From Psammoneis japonica (Eukaryota), in assembly GCA_008632985.1 (NCBI GenBank), contig QPGO01000055.1:349100-413099 (forward strand): a DNA stretch of 64,000 bases. Direction: 5' to 3'. The notes under the pieces were generated by a model. The model had not been told where the DNA came from. It made no database searches and worked only from the letters and a program-made list of their open reading frames with translations. Every line of letters begins with the position of its first letter. Position 1 is the stretch's first letter. The translations under genes and the position numbers were made by a program. Shown here piece by piece: positions 50,628-62,358 of the stretch.

Positions 50628-51307
50628 AAAAGCACTGGACCTCGCACAGGTTCAAGAAACTTCCGGTCGAGTAGTCTACTCTCTAGCTAGCTAGGGCTAG
50701 AGTGTTGTCAGCTTGAATGCCCTACTCACTGTCTTTTGGGTCGAGGAGTTGGTTTGCTATTCCTGAAGCTATTGACGGTGGTGGTATGATTACGCTACAT
50801 GACTCGCACTCTCCCAGCTTGAATATGTTTGGGCCAAAAAAGTTTGAAGATAACTCGTCGTGAATGCTGTAACAGTTCCGCACATGAACTTTTGTTTCCA
50901 CATCCGAACAATTTTACCTAGTTTGTTGATGTCACCCCTTGAATATAGCACATGTGGCATAAACATTAACAATACCGTAGGAACTGGATGGGTGTAGTTA
51001 GAAAGCTAGTAACAATGGCTCTCACAGCAAAGCTCAAGGCGGTCGGGTAGGGTTGTCAGGTTCAGATTTCCACTTTGCTGCCTTCAACGATTTATTAATG
51101 TCCCTTTCGGGTCGAGCAAACCCAAGAAAGTGGATTCACAGCAATGACCGTTCCTTAGATCAGCTTTTCGCATCGTCGTGATTACAGACGTCACGCGCGT
51201 TCCGGCAAAGAGGCTTTCGTGCTCGTCACTAGCTAGCTGCCCCGACAACATTGATAACTGGTTTAGTTAGAATTACAGTAGAATCTAGTTCTTCCTAGGG
51301 TCTAATC

Positions 51308-52669
51308 TTAAGACGAATCTTTTGGTCGAATGTTGTCCGTTGACAGATTCTTGAAAAAGTTTTTCCACTTTGGTTGTTTCAATGCTTTGTCAATGTCTAC
51401 TGTACAGAACTTCCCTTCATCTTCTGCCTCCTTGAATTGGAAGCGGAGTTCTTGCTCCCCACTTTCTGTAGCGTATACCTCTGGAAACATTTCTATCGCG
51501 TATTCCAAGGAGTCCTTAAAGAACTTCTCAGATTTATCCGGCGATAAGCATTCCAATGGAAAGTCAGTGGCTGTGGCGAGTCCCATTTGCAATGCATGCA
51601 TCTCAACGGCATGAGACACATCCTTTCGTGTCAAGGAGTCGTCCACCCATTTCCTTTGATAGGCTTCGACCGCCAGCATATCGTATCGGATAATATGATC
51701 ACTGGAAGGATTCACGTGCTCAACGATAATTGGATCTTCTTCGAGATGCTTGCATAACTGCTCAGCTTCTGGCATGGCTACCCCGCAAAAGAAGTCGCTC
51801 AGTATATCGGTGCTGTTGTCCATGTCGAGTACGCGAATATCCGAGAAACGTTCCGCCCAGCGTCTCTTGACTGGCAAAGGCAAATGAAAGGGTCGCTCCA
51901 TGAATTCATCAAAATAGTCAGAAAAGGAACTGATAATTCTTCCTCCGTTATCTGGCCAATTCTCAACGACCGGTCGTCGTCGTTTAATAACTTTGAAGTT
52001 GTGCGCTTGGTAGTATTTGGAAGGAATCCATTCGTGTAAATGGCGGTACGTAAATACGATTCGAACCTTCCAATCCTTCAATAAAGGCATCAAGTTGTCC
52101 CACAAATACTCTTGCTCTTCCTCCTCGCTTCTGCAAATATTGAGCATTTCTTCCGAAAAAATCAAATTGTGATTCTTTTCACGATGTTCTCTAACAATGC
52201 CTTTGAATTCTTCCCATTTTTCTTCACAATCCGGATGAATACCGTCACGGCAGTTTCGAACAAGCTCATGCGTATGCTTTGTTTTTGGGTAATTGGTCGT
52301 TCCCAAATAGTAAAAGTTGTCCTTGGCGAGGATATCCTGGGAGGCGTTTGCAAAATGTTGAATTGTAGTCGTTCCCGTTTTAGGTGGACCGACGTGTAGC
52401 ACAAACAGTGGCTTTGACTTTCGATTTTTTCGAATTGACGCTGCATTGTTCTTTTTGTATTCTTCTTGAAGACTCTCGCCTTGCTGGATCATTCCCAAGC
52501 AATACATTAATGCAAACAACAAGACTGCTCCAAGACACACCGGCTTGTTGTATCGAAGCATCCTGTCTCTTTGTGCGTTCTCGTTTGCTGCTTCAATCTC
52601 TTCAAGTGCTGTTTCAGCCTGTTGTGTGAATTTTAGGACAGTACGTGCAAGTGACTTGCGATAGATCAT
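51308..52669 (-). CDS. Type II membrane P-loop sulfotransferase-like protein
   Basis: TM segment VCLGAVLLFALMYCLGMI, then LHVGPPKTGTTTIQ (5'-PSB-like loop), LIFSEE and VRIVFTYR..WIPSKY. Confidence 0.72.
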   Translation of the reverse strand: MIYRKSLARTVLKFTQQAETALEEIEAANENAQRDRMLRYNKPVCLGAVLLFALMYCLGMIQQGESLQEEYKKNNAASIRKNRKSKPLFVLHVGPPKTGTTTIQHFANASQDILAKDNFYYLGTTNYPKTKHTHELVRNCRDGIHPDCEEKWEEFKGIVREHREKNHNLIFSEEMLNICRSEEEEQEYLWDNLMPLLKDWKVRIVFTYRHLHEWIPSKYYQAHNFKVIKRRRPVVENWPDNGGRIISSFSDYFDEFMERPFHLPLPVKRRWAERFSDIRVLDMDNSTDILSDFFCGVAMPEAEQLCKHLEEDPIIVEHVNPSSDHIIRYDMLAVEAYQRKWVDDSLTRKDVSHAVEMHALQMGLATATDFPLECLSPDKSEKFFKDSLEYAIEMFPEVYATESGEQELRFQFKEAEDEGKFCTVDIDKALKQPKWKNFFKNLSTDNIRPKDSS

Positions 52670-53023
52670 CGAGAAGGCCGAGGTGAAACAAAGTTTGCTG
52701 TTTTGCCCAAGATGTGGGCGCCGAAAGCGAAGCTGAAATAAGAACTATAGAAATTAATATATTTTATTTCCACCTTATCCAATGAAATCGCTTCAAATTG
52801 TACACAAAAACGATAGTGCGAGTCGTGGTGGCGGCAAGGCTTTCGATCGCGCGGAGGTTGGAAGTTGAAGGACGATGAGCGCCGATCTTTTTCTGTCATC
52901 CGCAGTTCACATCGACATCATCAAGTAGATTGTATTCATGCTCTGCAATAGAGCGTCGAGATTCATTCAATGACCATGCTGAAGCTGGTGGCGTCAGCAC
53001 GGCTGAATTCAAACCTAAAGGCA

Positions 53024-54310
53024 ATGAGGACTGTTGCAATTTTGCTCTCGATAATTCCGTGTGTAATGGGTATGTCCATCCCAACGCCCTTGGACACACT
53101 GACATCAGGACTTGCAAGCATTTGTCGTCTACCCTTTGGCGTAACTGTGGCAAACGTTCCTGAAACAACAAAAAATAGTATTGAGCTCAAACAACTGTAT
53201 GACGTTGAAAACTCGGTCGACTGTCGCAAAGTACGAGAAGCGATCTCCGAACTTGACCTTGTTGTGGACTTGGTCATTCCAGTTGCGACCAATTCGCGTT
53301 GCTTGACAGACCAAGACTATCAATACGCTTTACCACAAGATGCAATCATCCCAAGACTAGTGCTGTCTGACGAAGGAGAGGAGATTGTGCTTAGTGGGTC
53401 GGATCAGATACTCGAGTATTTTGAAACAAAATGTGGTTTGCCTACAAAATTCAAGGATGAGAAATACGGCGAAGCTCTGCAAGTAGTGTTTAATGTTGGA
53501 AATGTTATTGCGTCTGCCATGAGAGTTGGTCGTGGCAATGTGGTTTCTCCTACGGCGAGGGAAGCCCCACGTCCCAACAAGCCACTTGTATTGTACAGTT
53601 ATGAAGGTAATCAGTTCTGTAGACTTGTCCGTGAAGTCTTGACGGAACTTGATATTGTATACGAGCTTCGAAGTGCCGGCAAGGAGTCTCCTCGCCGTCA
53701 AGAACTTTTGGATATTTCAGGCAAGTCACAATGCCCATATCTGATTGACCCAAACAACAACGACCTTGGTATGCCCGAGTCTGCAGACATTATTGAATAC
53801 CTCTACCGGAACTACGCTAGATATACCCCACCCAGCGAAATATTACAATGGACATCGAACAATATCATGTCGCTTGCCAAGCCAATTTTTCAATCCACGG
53901 CACCAGCATTGGCAGGATCTAGTAGCGACACCTACGAAACACGTTTGGAGGAAGCCAAAGCAAAGCTGGAAGACGACATCCAATCATCTCCTGTTGTGGT
54001 TTACACGTATAGTCTCTCTCCATTCTCTAGCGAAACGACAAAGTTGCTGGACAGTCTCAATATCGAGTACACGGAGATTAGTCTCGGAGCGGAGTGGATA
54101 CCAGGACTCATCCAGGACAGCGCCATGCGAGTAGCCTTGATGGAAAAAACAAATCAGTCGTCTCTACCTCATATTTTTGTCGGTGGAGAGTCCATTGGCG
54201 GTTTGTTTAGTGGTACACCTGGTCTCTTGCCCTTATTGGAAGAAGGGCGCTTCAAAGACATGGTCAAGGGTGCATTATCTGCAGACTTGGAACAATCAGC
54301 GTTTCAATAG
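53024..54310 (+). CDS. Multi-domain GST-N/glutaredoxin (thioredoxin-fold) protein, probably organelle-targeted
   Basis: Likely start MRTVAILLSIIPCVMG. Three Trx-fold units: LYDVENSVDCRKVRE; LYSYEGNQFCRLVRE..QCPYLIDPN..ESADII; VYTYSLSPFS..SLPHIFVGGESIGG. Confidence 0.8.
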   Translation: MRTVAILLSIIPCVMGMSIPTPLDTLTSGLASICRLPFGVTVANVPETTKNSIELKQLYDVENSVDCRKVREAISELDLVVDLVIPVATNSRCLTDQDYQYALPQDAIIPRLVLSDEGEEIVLSGSDQILEYFETKCGLPTKFKDEKYGEALQVVFNVGNVIASAMRVGRGNVVSPTAREAPRPNKPLVLYSYEGNQFCRLVREVLTELDIVYELRSAGKESPRRQELLDISGKSQCPYLIDPNNNDLGMPESADIIEYLYRNYARYTPPSEILQWTSNNIMSLAKPIFQSTAPALAGSSSDTYETRLEEAKAKLEDDIQSSPVVVYTYSLSPFSSETTKLLDSLNIEYTEISLGAEWIPGLIQDSAMRVALMEKTNQSSLPHIFVGGESIGGLFSGTPGLLPLLEEGRFKDMVKGALSADLEQSAFQ

Positions 54311-54479
54311 GTAGAGCCTTATAATAGGACCCTTCGCTATTAATTCAAGAATTTGGGGTGCAATAGCTAGTCCAGGTAACATGCAATGTACTAACTTTGT
54401 TTCTAGTTCATTCTGTGTTCGCAACTGGGTTCATGACAAAAATGTTTTGACTCTCGACGAAAAATGCTCCCTCTCCGAG

Positions 54480-55796
54480 TTAGAGCTCCTGATCGCCGCG
54501 CACATCGCCACTCAAATCTATGAGAGCGAGCTCCATGGCTGTCATGAGGGATTTGTAATAAATGCGAATGATTTCTAGCTCGTTTTCAGGAGCTGAAAAT
54601 TCAGCGGCATCCAAGCTTTTTAGGCGTGCGAGCTGATCTTGTAGAAAATCAATACCACTCTGGGGCGGCTTTCCTCTCATCCAAGAAACAGCAAGTTCCC
54701 CCGCTTGATCAAGATCAAGATCAAACGCCACCTCAAAAGAACGCCTTTCAAATATCCACCGTTGGGGAAACTGCTCGACAAATCCATAGTCACGAAGCGC
54801 TTCAGGTGTCCCGTAATGGTGGAGCCGATTACCACAGTCTTCACACAAGTAGTAGCTTAGGCAAATCTCCTCGCCGGCTTGTATATCTCGATTCGCTAAA
54901 ACTTCAATATTGACGCCATTGTGCACTTTATGCACGGAGTTTCTTGTCTTTGTATTTAACTTTTTGCCATTTTGATGATTCATCATGTCATAGACAGGGA
55001 GGAGAAGATCGTCCCAGCCACGTTGTGTCAAAAACATGTAGGCGTCCTCTCCCAAGGGATCGTCAGCTCCAGCGCATGCAACGCGCCAATCATCAAGGTG
55101 ATGAATGGGTGAATCTGGAGGTAGAATTGTGTGCATTTGTTCATCCTGTCCCAGTATACGAAGCAGCAATTCCTTGCCTTCATCCGACCACGCACTCGGG
55201 AGCTGACCAGATTTCTGATCCAAAAGATAGAGTACATAAGCTGAAAATTCCGACTTTTCTCCCAGTTTCATTTCTCTTGCGAGGTTCCTAGCTGTCACAC
55301 AATATTCGTCGTCGTATCCACGATAACGGATAAAATGGGCAGGGAATTGTGTGCCTTTATCACCGTCAGTGAATTCGATATCAAAGGTACCGTCTGAATG
55401 AACTGCAGTCAATACCCCGGGATACCATTGTTCGTCCGCTTCATAGAACCCGTCCACATCGTCGCCTACATTGAAGGGCTTGTTTGACTGCTTATTGGGA
55501 GTTTCTTCCATTGGTCTGGTTTGTGATGAAATGACAGCATTGGGAGGAAGAGAAATCAAAAGTTCATTTTCCTTGAAATCACCGGTAGCAAACACGCCAT
55601 TCCATACATTCACGTCGTTCGGATCAGAAGCGGTGCGAATCTCGAGTTTATCACTTAGAAATCCTCCCTTGGAACGTAACCACGTAATCAAGGACTCTCC
55701 GTGATTGATGGCCGTACTGTCATCCGCTCTGCTTCTCGCAACGACAGCGGAGACAAAAAGCAAAGCAAAACGGCGTGAATACCGGTGATTCATCAT
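54480..55796 (-). CDS. SET-domain methyltransferase (Rubisco-LSMT/SETD3-like) with Tudor-like insert
   Basis: WLRSKGG, GVFATGD, LLPVYDMMNH, ANRDIQAGEEICLSY, LRDYGFVE. Insert FNVGDDVDGFYEADEQWYPGVL..GTFDIEFTDGD. N-terminal hydrophobic stretch; ends DQEL. Confidence 0.8.
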   Translation of the reverse strand: MMNHRYSRRFALLFVSAVVARSRADDSTAINHGESLITWLRSKGGFLSDKLEIRTASDPNDVNVWNGVFATGDFKENELLISLPPNAVISSQTRPMEETPNKQSNKPFNVGDDVDGFYEADEQWYPGVLTAVHSDGTFDIEFTDGDKGTQFPAHFIRYRGYDDEYCVTARNLAREMKLGEKSEFSAYVLYLLDQKSGQLPSAWSDEGKELLLRILGQDEQMHTILPPDSPIHHLDDWRVACAGADDPLGEDAYMFLTQRGWDDLLLPVYDMMNHQNGKKLNTKTRNSVHKVHNGVNIEVLANRDIQAGEEICLSYYLCEDCGNRLHHYGTPEALRDYGFVEQFPQRWIFERRSFEVAFDLDLDQAGELAVSWMRGKPPQSGIDFLQDQLARLKSLDAAEFSAPENELEIIRIYYKSLMTAMELALIDLSGDVRGDQEL

Positions 55797-55950
55797 GTCG
55801 CTGATACTGTACAGAAGAATAATCAACAGAGAAATTATAAGCCGCAAAAGGTGCCGTCTCCTCGTTGCGGTTTCAAGGTTGCTTCTGCCATACAATAACC
55901 TACTGGCTCGCTTTTGTTGCTGTCATTGCTTTGCTTGATACCGCTGCGTT

Positions 55951-55966
55951 CGACTCTAGTAGTAGA
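55951..55966. promoter_or_regulatory. Candidate cis-element CGACTCTAGTAGTAGA (copy 1)
   Basis: Identical 16-mer at 57632-57647; both lie upstream of minus-strand genes. Confidence 0.3.
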
Positions 55967-56524
55967 CTACTACTATGGTTTCTTCAGCTATTCGATAGTC
56001 ATTGCATAGTAAATAACAAGTAATAATCTATATTCAGTTGCTCCTTTTTCATATTCAACACTGTAATCGTCTTGCTGTTGCTCTGCACCCTCTACAGTAC
56101 AGCTGCCGCTCTAGCTAGGTAGTAACTTTGAGAGGGCGAGAGGCTTGAACCTCGCTTGGGGCGATGTAAACGGTACCAATTTACCTTACATTACTTTGGT
56201 TCGAACCTTGACCATGACGGCCCTTACCAAAACTTCTGCCTCGCTCTGTCACTGAGGAATTTGTGCGCCTGGGCCGCAATTCTTGTATCCAACTCATACT
56301 GTACAACAGCACAAATATTGCTACACTACACAGACAAGCAATAATGGAGGGACAAGGAGAGACAGAATGGAAACAACTCTCTATGTTAAACCAACGTCTA
56401 GTACGATTTCAAACCACCCCTCACAAAATACACAACCAAAGACTCTGCAAGAATTACTCTGCTGGATGTTACAGTAGCTATCGGTGATTCTCTTGTTACA
56501 ATTGTTGGAGTTTCTTTAATGTAT

Positions 56525-57317
56525 CTAGAACCATCCCTGTCCATCTCCAAAAGGAGAAAAGTGTCCCGCAGCGGCCTGCTCGGCAAGGTTTTGTCCGGTA
56601 AAGACTTCGTGGGTAATGGTACCGGCAATGGCCATCATGGCGGCACGTCCGTTGTTAAGTTCGGCGTTCATCTGACGGACCTTCTTGGCGGGTTCCTTGT
56701 CCCAGTTGTTGATCTTTCCTAGACGCACACCATAGTCTCCATCGAGTTTGGATGCTGGCCACCAGGCGAGCTCAATAAAACCGGTGACAATCAGAATCTG
56801 CAAAAGACCAGCAGGAGGGACCTGAAAGAGACCACCAATACCCGTATCGATATCAGAGAACTTGAGGTTGTTGGAGGGTGAAAGGTATCCATCGAACGTC
56901 CAGTGGTTGTTGTGGACGAAGGTTCCCAACATAGCCATCATGGCAATGCGGCCGTGCTTCTTCTCGACGGCACGGTAGCGAACAAACTTCTCCTCGTCCG
57001 TAATGTATCCGAGAGGATCAAAGAATCCGAGAGGAGCCGTGGCACCAATCTCCATGTCAGCCTCATTGAGAGCAGTGGAGGACTTTGCCGCCTGAGGAGT
57101 ACAGAAGTAGTATTGCACGCGTCAGGTGTAAGGAATGCACAACATGAGACATGAGAGACAAACAAGTCATGAGAAATACAGATTAGAATGCATCTCGCCG
57201 CACCAAACGCTTCTTTCATCAGCTCTTTCATACACACACACAAACACTCACCGGAGTGTTGACAGGGGCAAAGGCGGCGGCAGAGCCGAGAAGAGCGGCA
57301 AGGATAGCAAACTTCAT
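56525..57317 (-). CDS. Fucoxanthin-chlorophyll a/c light-harvesting protein (LHC/FCP), about 210 aa
   Basis: Exon 1 (57317-57252) encodes MKFAILAALLGSAAAFAPVNTP; intron 57251-57092. LHC motifs GFFDPLG, EKKHGRIAMMA, ELNNGRAAMMA. Confidence 0.95.
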
Positions 57318-57631
57318 CTTGATCAGTACTTCGGAGGAGGTCTGTGGGTCTCTTTTTCTCTTCGCTCGGCAACCAGTTGCGTTGGCGTTGTTGTTGGTTT
57401 GCACGTTGGATTTCTACGGGGCTGGACAACGCCACGCATCAAGACGTATCTTCCGAACGATCTGCGTATCTTGAGTTCAACTTGAAAGTAGCATTCCCTT
57501 TTTTCAAAGATTCCCTCCTGCCAGTTGAAGCACGAGCGACGTACGTACGACCGAATCTTTCAACTCAGAACCCGGATTTTCAACACTTCAATTTGAGTCT
57601 TTTGGAATTTCCCTCCGACCTCGACCCGACC

Positions 57632-57647
57632 CGACTCTAGTAGTAGA
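57632..57647. promoter_or_regulatory. Candidate cis-element CGACTCTAGTAGTAGA (copy 2)
   Basis: Identical to 55951-55966; about 315 bp upstream of the LHC start codon. Confidence 0.3.
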
Positions 57648-58554
57648 GCTAGCTTTTGACTATCGACTATCGGCATTGGGAACGTGACAAATGTCGTGAA
57701 TGGAAGAGCCATCGTGTCAATAACTACTATGGACAGAGGCGTTGACATGGAAGCTGTACGGATGAAGGAGAGGCTCGTAGAGGGAGACTTTGTAACGAGC
57801 GACAGCACCTGCAAATAAGGCTAAGATGCACAGCATTTTCTCGGCTTATGAAAAAGGCACTACATTGGCACGAGGTATCCTCCCCGACATCTGTTGTAAT
57901 CTGCGTCGAATTCGAAATAACGGGGAGGTTCTATCATGGTTGCTGAGGATCAAGGCCCTGCACGCTTTGTATGACAACAAAAAGTGATTGCCACATACAA
58001 GTATGGCGTTGCTGATCGAACGCTCCGTACACGTAAGGTATCATTGTTCCAGCTCTTTTGAATTGATCCGATAAGAACTATGGGTGATCAGCTCTGAGGA
58101 GCCAGAAATCTACTGGCTGATTATAAAGTCCGTGGCTGTGGAACATCGTGGACGGCGCATACGTTCTGGTACCCGTACCTGAGTGGTTGGTACTATAACG
58201 GAGACTCGGCTTCGTCCAAGGGCTGCTTTGAAAGGAAAGGCGCAATCTTACGACACCAGACGGGAACCACCAAATTACTGAAATACCGCTGCACCGTTAG
58301 CCCAGTCTCTCTGAGCTATGAATAGACGCCAAGGAATACTGTGACCGAACGACCTCTGGCTACTACTTAATCTCCAACCTTAGTGCATCATCATTCAAGT
58401 GGGACACGAGAATGATAATAAGGGCCTTGTCTACTTTAAATTGTAGATGTACACACTTATCGTTATATACACTGTTGGCATTGTCCATTGTAATTAGCGT
58501 TTGAAACTGCGCAATGACGGATGCAGCGATGATTCCCATCCAAGCTTTTTTGCT

Positions 58555-60620
58555 TTAGCTCGTTTTAGTTTTTCTCACGGACTGAAACTTGAGGAATATC
58601 ATTGCCAAGACTCGGAACCCAGCAATAAGGGCGCATAAACAGCCAACGTTGCGCCATTTGTGGTCGACGTCCCACGAAAAGGATTCCAAAACTGCTCTAC
58701 CAAGAACTCCCTCCGTTTCCCAAATCACAATCATCACACCTTCGTAACCATATCGAACAAATGATAGGTACGACAGCCAAACAAACCAGGGATCAATGTC
58801 GTCAACATTGATAAAGAGCCCGCCAAATATCACAAGCGGCTGCTCTCGCGAATGAAACAATTTGTCAGATCAACGGCTTTCTTTCATCCTTTACATATAA
58901 CAACGGTCCCAACTTACCATAAGCAATAACGGACCCAAAGCCAAAGCGACACCGACATTAGGAGCAATTGTCCCAACGAAGTATCCGAGAGATACTGCAC
59001 TAACTGCAGTCAAGACAATGAACAAAGCGTACGTAAAAAAGGCCCCGGCCCCTCTTCCTCCAAACCCAACCAGAAAGTACAAGATTGTGGCAAAAATGAA
59101 AGGAAACACCACCTGGAAAGGAAACTCTGCAAAGGATTTGCCAATAAAGTAGGCTGACGTCGTGTATGAGTTTGCCGACGTTTCACGCAGAAATATCGGC
59201 TTTTCAAGCGGGAACACTGCAATACGCCTAAGGTACCTAAGATACCTTGATTCAAAACAGAAAAGAAAAGAACGCCGTTCACTGACTGGACGTTGTCAGG
59301 CTTGATGGGCGATTTGCCAAGCGAAACGAAAATCACACCCACCAACAAGCCAAGAATAATGGATTGCCCCAGACGCATCCTTCCGAGCGTTGCGTCACGT
59401 CTATATGTCAAGATGGTCCTCTTCATTAGTTGACTGAGCTGGGTACACCAGGACGCAGCATATTTCTTCTTTGCGAGCATAAGCTTCACCGTCGAGGCTC
59501 TTCTTAGCTTTCTTTTGTCGTCACCATCCCCGTCAGCATCTTGTCCGCCCTCGGAACGCTCGTCCCACTTATCCAAGACATTCTCCGAGACACCTGGAAC
59601 GCTTAGAAGCTTCAGATAGTAATCCGCCGGATTCAAGAGTGGCGGCAACGGCTTCCCAATGGATGCAAAGTGCTCAATCGCACCTGATGTAGTGCCCGAG
59701 TAGGCCGTCCTTCCGTCTGCTAGTAAATGAAGCTTTGTAAATGCGGAGAAGACATAGGAGGATGGCTGATGAATCGTGGCCAAGATCGTATGTCCCACCC
59801 GAGCAAGGCGACAAAGCTTTGCTACCACAGCTTCGGCCATGTGGCTATCTAAACCCGAGGTTGGTTCATCAACGAAAATAACCGAAGGATTCGATAGCAG
59901 TTCCGTAGCTAGGCTCAAACGCTTTCGTTCCCCGCCAGAGATCCGTCCTTGGACAAGTGCACCAACCCCTCCAATCGGTGTGTTTGCGCACTTAGTCAAA
60001 CCGAGCTCGTTCAAAAGCCCATCGACTCGGTCAAATTTATCTTCATCAGACACACTCCTATCAATACGAAGGCGCGCTGAAAAAATCAAGTGTTCTCTCG
60101 GAGTCATACTCGGGATGAATAAATCTTCTTGTTGGACGAAACAAAAGTTCGTTGAATCGCCCTGCAGGGTTTCATAGATGGGTACTCCATTAAAGGATAC
60201 GTAACCACTAAAGGATGGCTTCTGACCCGCTAAAACACTCAGGAGCGTAGTCTTTCCTGCACCAGAGCTGAACATAAAATCCATACGAATGCGGTATATT
60301 TGTAAGAAAGAAAAGATGGAACGATGGAAAGGCGGGGTAGAGAGATTGACTTACGGCCCCATGATCGCAAGTAAGTCTCCTGGTCCTGCTTCTCCTCCGG
60401 CTCCTTCCAACAATACCTTGCTCTCGCGGGTTTTCTTAATGTCGACAGAAAAAGACACGTCATAATTCAAATGCACAGGCTTTGGCTTCTCCAACTCAAC
60501 AGCGTCTGGGTCCTCCATAGTGTCAGACAATAAGCTCGTCCCATCCAAACGAAAATCTTCATACGTTTGTTCCTGCTGCTCCACGTCAATTGCAGTTTCA
60601 ACGTCCTCAGTGGCTGACAT
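58555..60620 (-). CDS. ABCG (White-like) half transporter; one-base frameshift near 59216
   Basis: Introns at 60354-60268 and 58917-58840. GPSGAGKT Walker A across the splice, ISGGERKR signature, VDEPTSGLD, TIHQPS, and a C-terminal TM domain. The frame breaks at VLQ/(V)FPLEKPIFLRE. Confidence 0.9.
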
Positions 60621-60942
60621 GATCAAGAGCACTAAAGATAGTGAGAGCACACGTACGCTATGGTTCCTGATGCTCGAAGCTCGAATAGAAGTACTCTGGG
60701 AGTTGCATGAAAAATCGAAATTTTCATTTTCCCCTGTTTTTCTCGCATTTTCAGGATCGTGCGAACAGCACGCATGCCGATAGCCGATGCTGCCGACTGC
60801 GGTGCCGAGGTGGTAGCCCGTACTCTGTATCGATGTAGCCAACAGCGGAGGCTACGCGGTGTCGTTGTCAACGATGTTTTATGGATTGAAACTAAGACGT
60901 AAAGACACTGCTGTGCTAAGAAGTAAGAATAATGCAATTAAA

Positions 60943-62077
60943 CTAATGTTCTAAACTGCTGGTGTTTCTAATGACAGCCGCCACACTTGTCCTTGTTGCT
61001 GCTGTGAAAACCAAAACAATGTAAAATGAAAAGAAACGCCGCGCACCCTGCTTCGCCACACAAGCAGTGCCGTCAATCAACATAACCTTGGGGCTCTCCA
61101 TAGAGCGGTATGTTGAGTCCTCAGCTTTGAGGTCAACACATGCAATTCTTGAACCATCCTTGCCCCCCAAAAGATGAACCTTGTTGATCTTTTTCGACAC
61201 TTTGATGGGCAAAGGAACAGTGGCTGTTGACGCCAAGACATCGCTGTCCGACAACCTCATGGAGGACAACTGATCCGAAAGTGCCTCTGGGCGCTTGTGC
61301 ACATCCCTGAGCTCTTGGTCTCCTTGGGATTGTGCCTCCTCCACCAGCACAGCATGGAGTGAGTCCATGTCCATGCTGTGACCCGGCCACTCGGAGGTGC
61401 ACTGTAAAAACCAACCGCCACCCGTCACCGCGAGCTTGAAGCTAGAAAGGTCCTCAGTGCATGCTCCTGAGGGAGCTACAATCACCAGCACCACATGGTC
61501 TGTCTTGTTGACAGAATCCTTGCAGGTCGCCTGCAAAACCATGGGCTTGAATGTCTGGTCGTCCTCAAATGCTGGGGGGTCCAAAGCAGTGGGGGCGACA
61601 GCTGCAAAACTGCCGGTTTCCTTGGCTGACGGCAGGCCGACGTCGGCTAAGAGCTCGTCCTCGTCCATGTCGAGGTCTTCCCCTTTTGAAACAAGTGGAC
61701 AACAGTCAAGAGAAAAAAAGAGCAACATGAGAGTGCATTCTGTTTCATTTGACAAAGTGCAGCATGTGGCGACACTTGCTTCCGCCAGTGCCATCATCTG
61801 CCGGTGGCGCAGCACTGTCATCAGCGCTTCGTTGTCACAGGTTGAAACCAGTTTCTTTCCTCAGCTTGCACAGCTGAGTGCAAAATTTGGCAAGAGGACA
61901 CTTCAAAAACTCTGCACGCATGGACTGAACCTCCTTTGGTGACGCTCCAGGATTGATCCTTTTTTGCAACAGGAGATCCCTGAGCAGCATCCAGTCGGGC
62001 GAGTTTTTTCGAAAGGCGGGAGGCGGCTTCAAGTCAGTGCCAAACACTGACTTGCTCCTTGTGTTCATTGTCACCAT
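60943..62077 (-). pseudogene. Accessory ORF of the Harbinger-like element (disrupted)
   Basis: Exon 1 (62077-61780) has a premature TGA at 61837-61835. An intron at 61779-61683 with a GCAAGT donor joins in frame to EDLDMDEDELL.... Tyr is absent through the core. Confidence 0.55.
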
Positions 62078-62358
62078 CGTGTGTGTGTTGGTCACTGTTC
62101 TCAATTTTATGACGAGGCAAGCTGCAAATCCTCTGAATGCGTGTTGCTCACTCGGCACACTACGGCAAGGTTCGCATCGAATCCCGAACTCCGATTTGAA
62201 TTGTTCACGACCGTCTCAACTCTCTCTTTATGTGGGACAGTCAATCCCACACATGCAAGTCCCGGCAAATTTGAAATTGCCACAACCGCCAAAACCAAAA
62301 AAAGGCCCATCGGGGGGGGCTGTTGTGAAGTGTTGGAGCTCAAGATTCCCTTGCACAC

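Noticed and set aside
56130..56220. tRNA-like B-box sequences (GGTTCGAACC, and GGTTCAAGCC on the minus strand)
   Set aside because: No cloverleaf or acceptor stem could be built.
59205..59225. Programmed frameshift or pseudogenisation of the ABCG transporter
   Set aside because: Restoring one base (CAG GTG TTC) repairs an otherwise intact gene. The same GG-to-G pattern as at 34671 suggests an assembly error; read data are needed.
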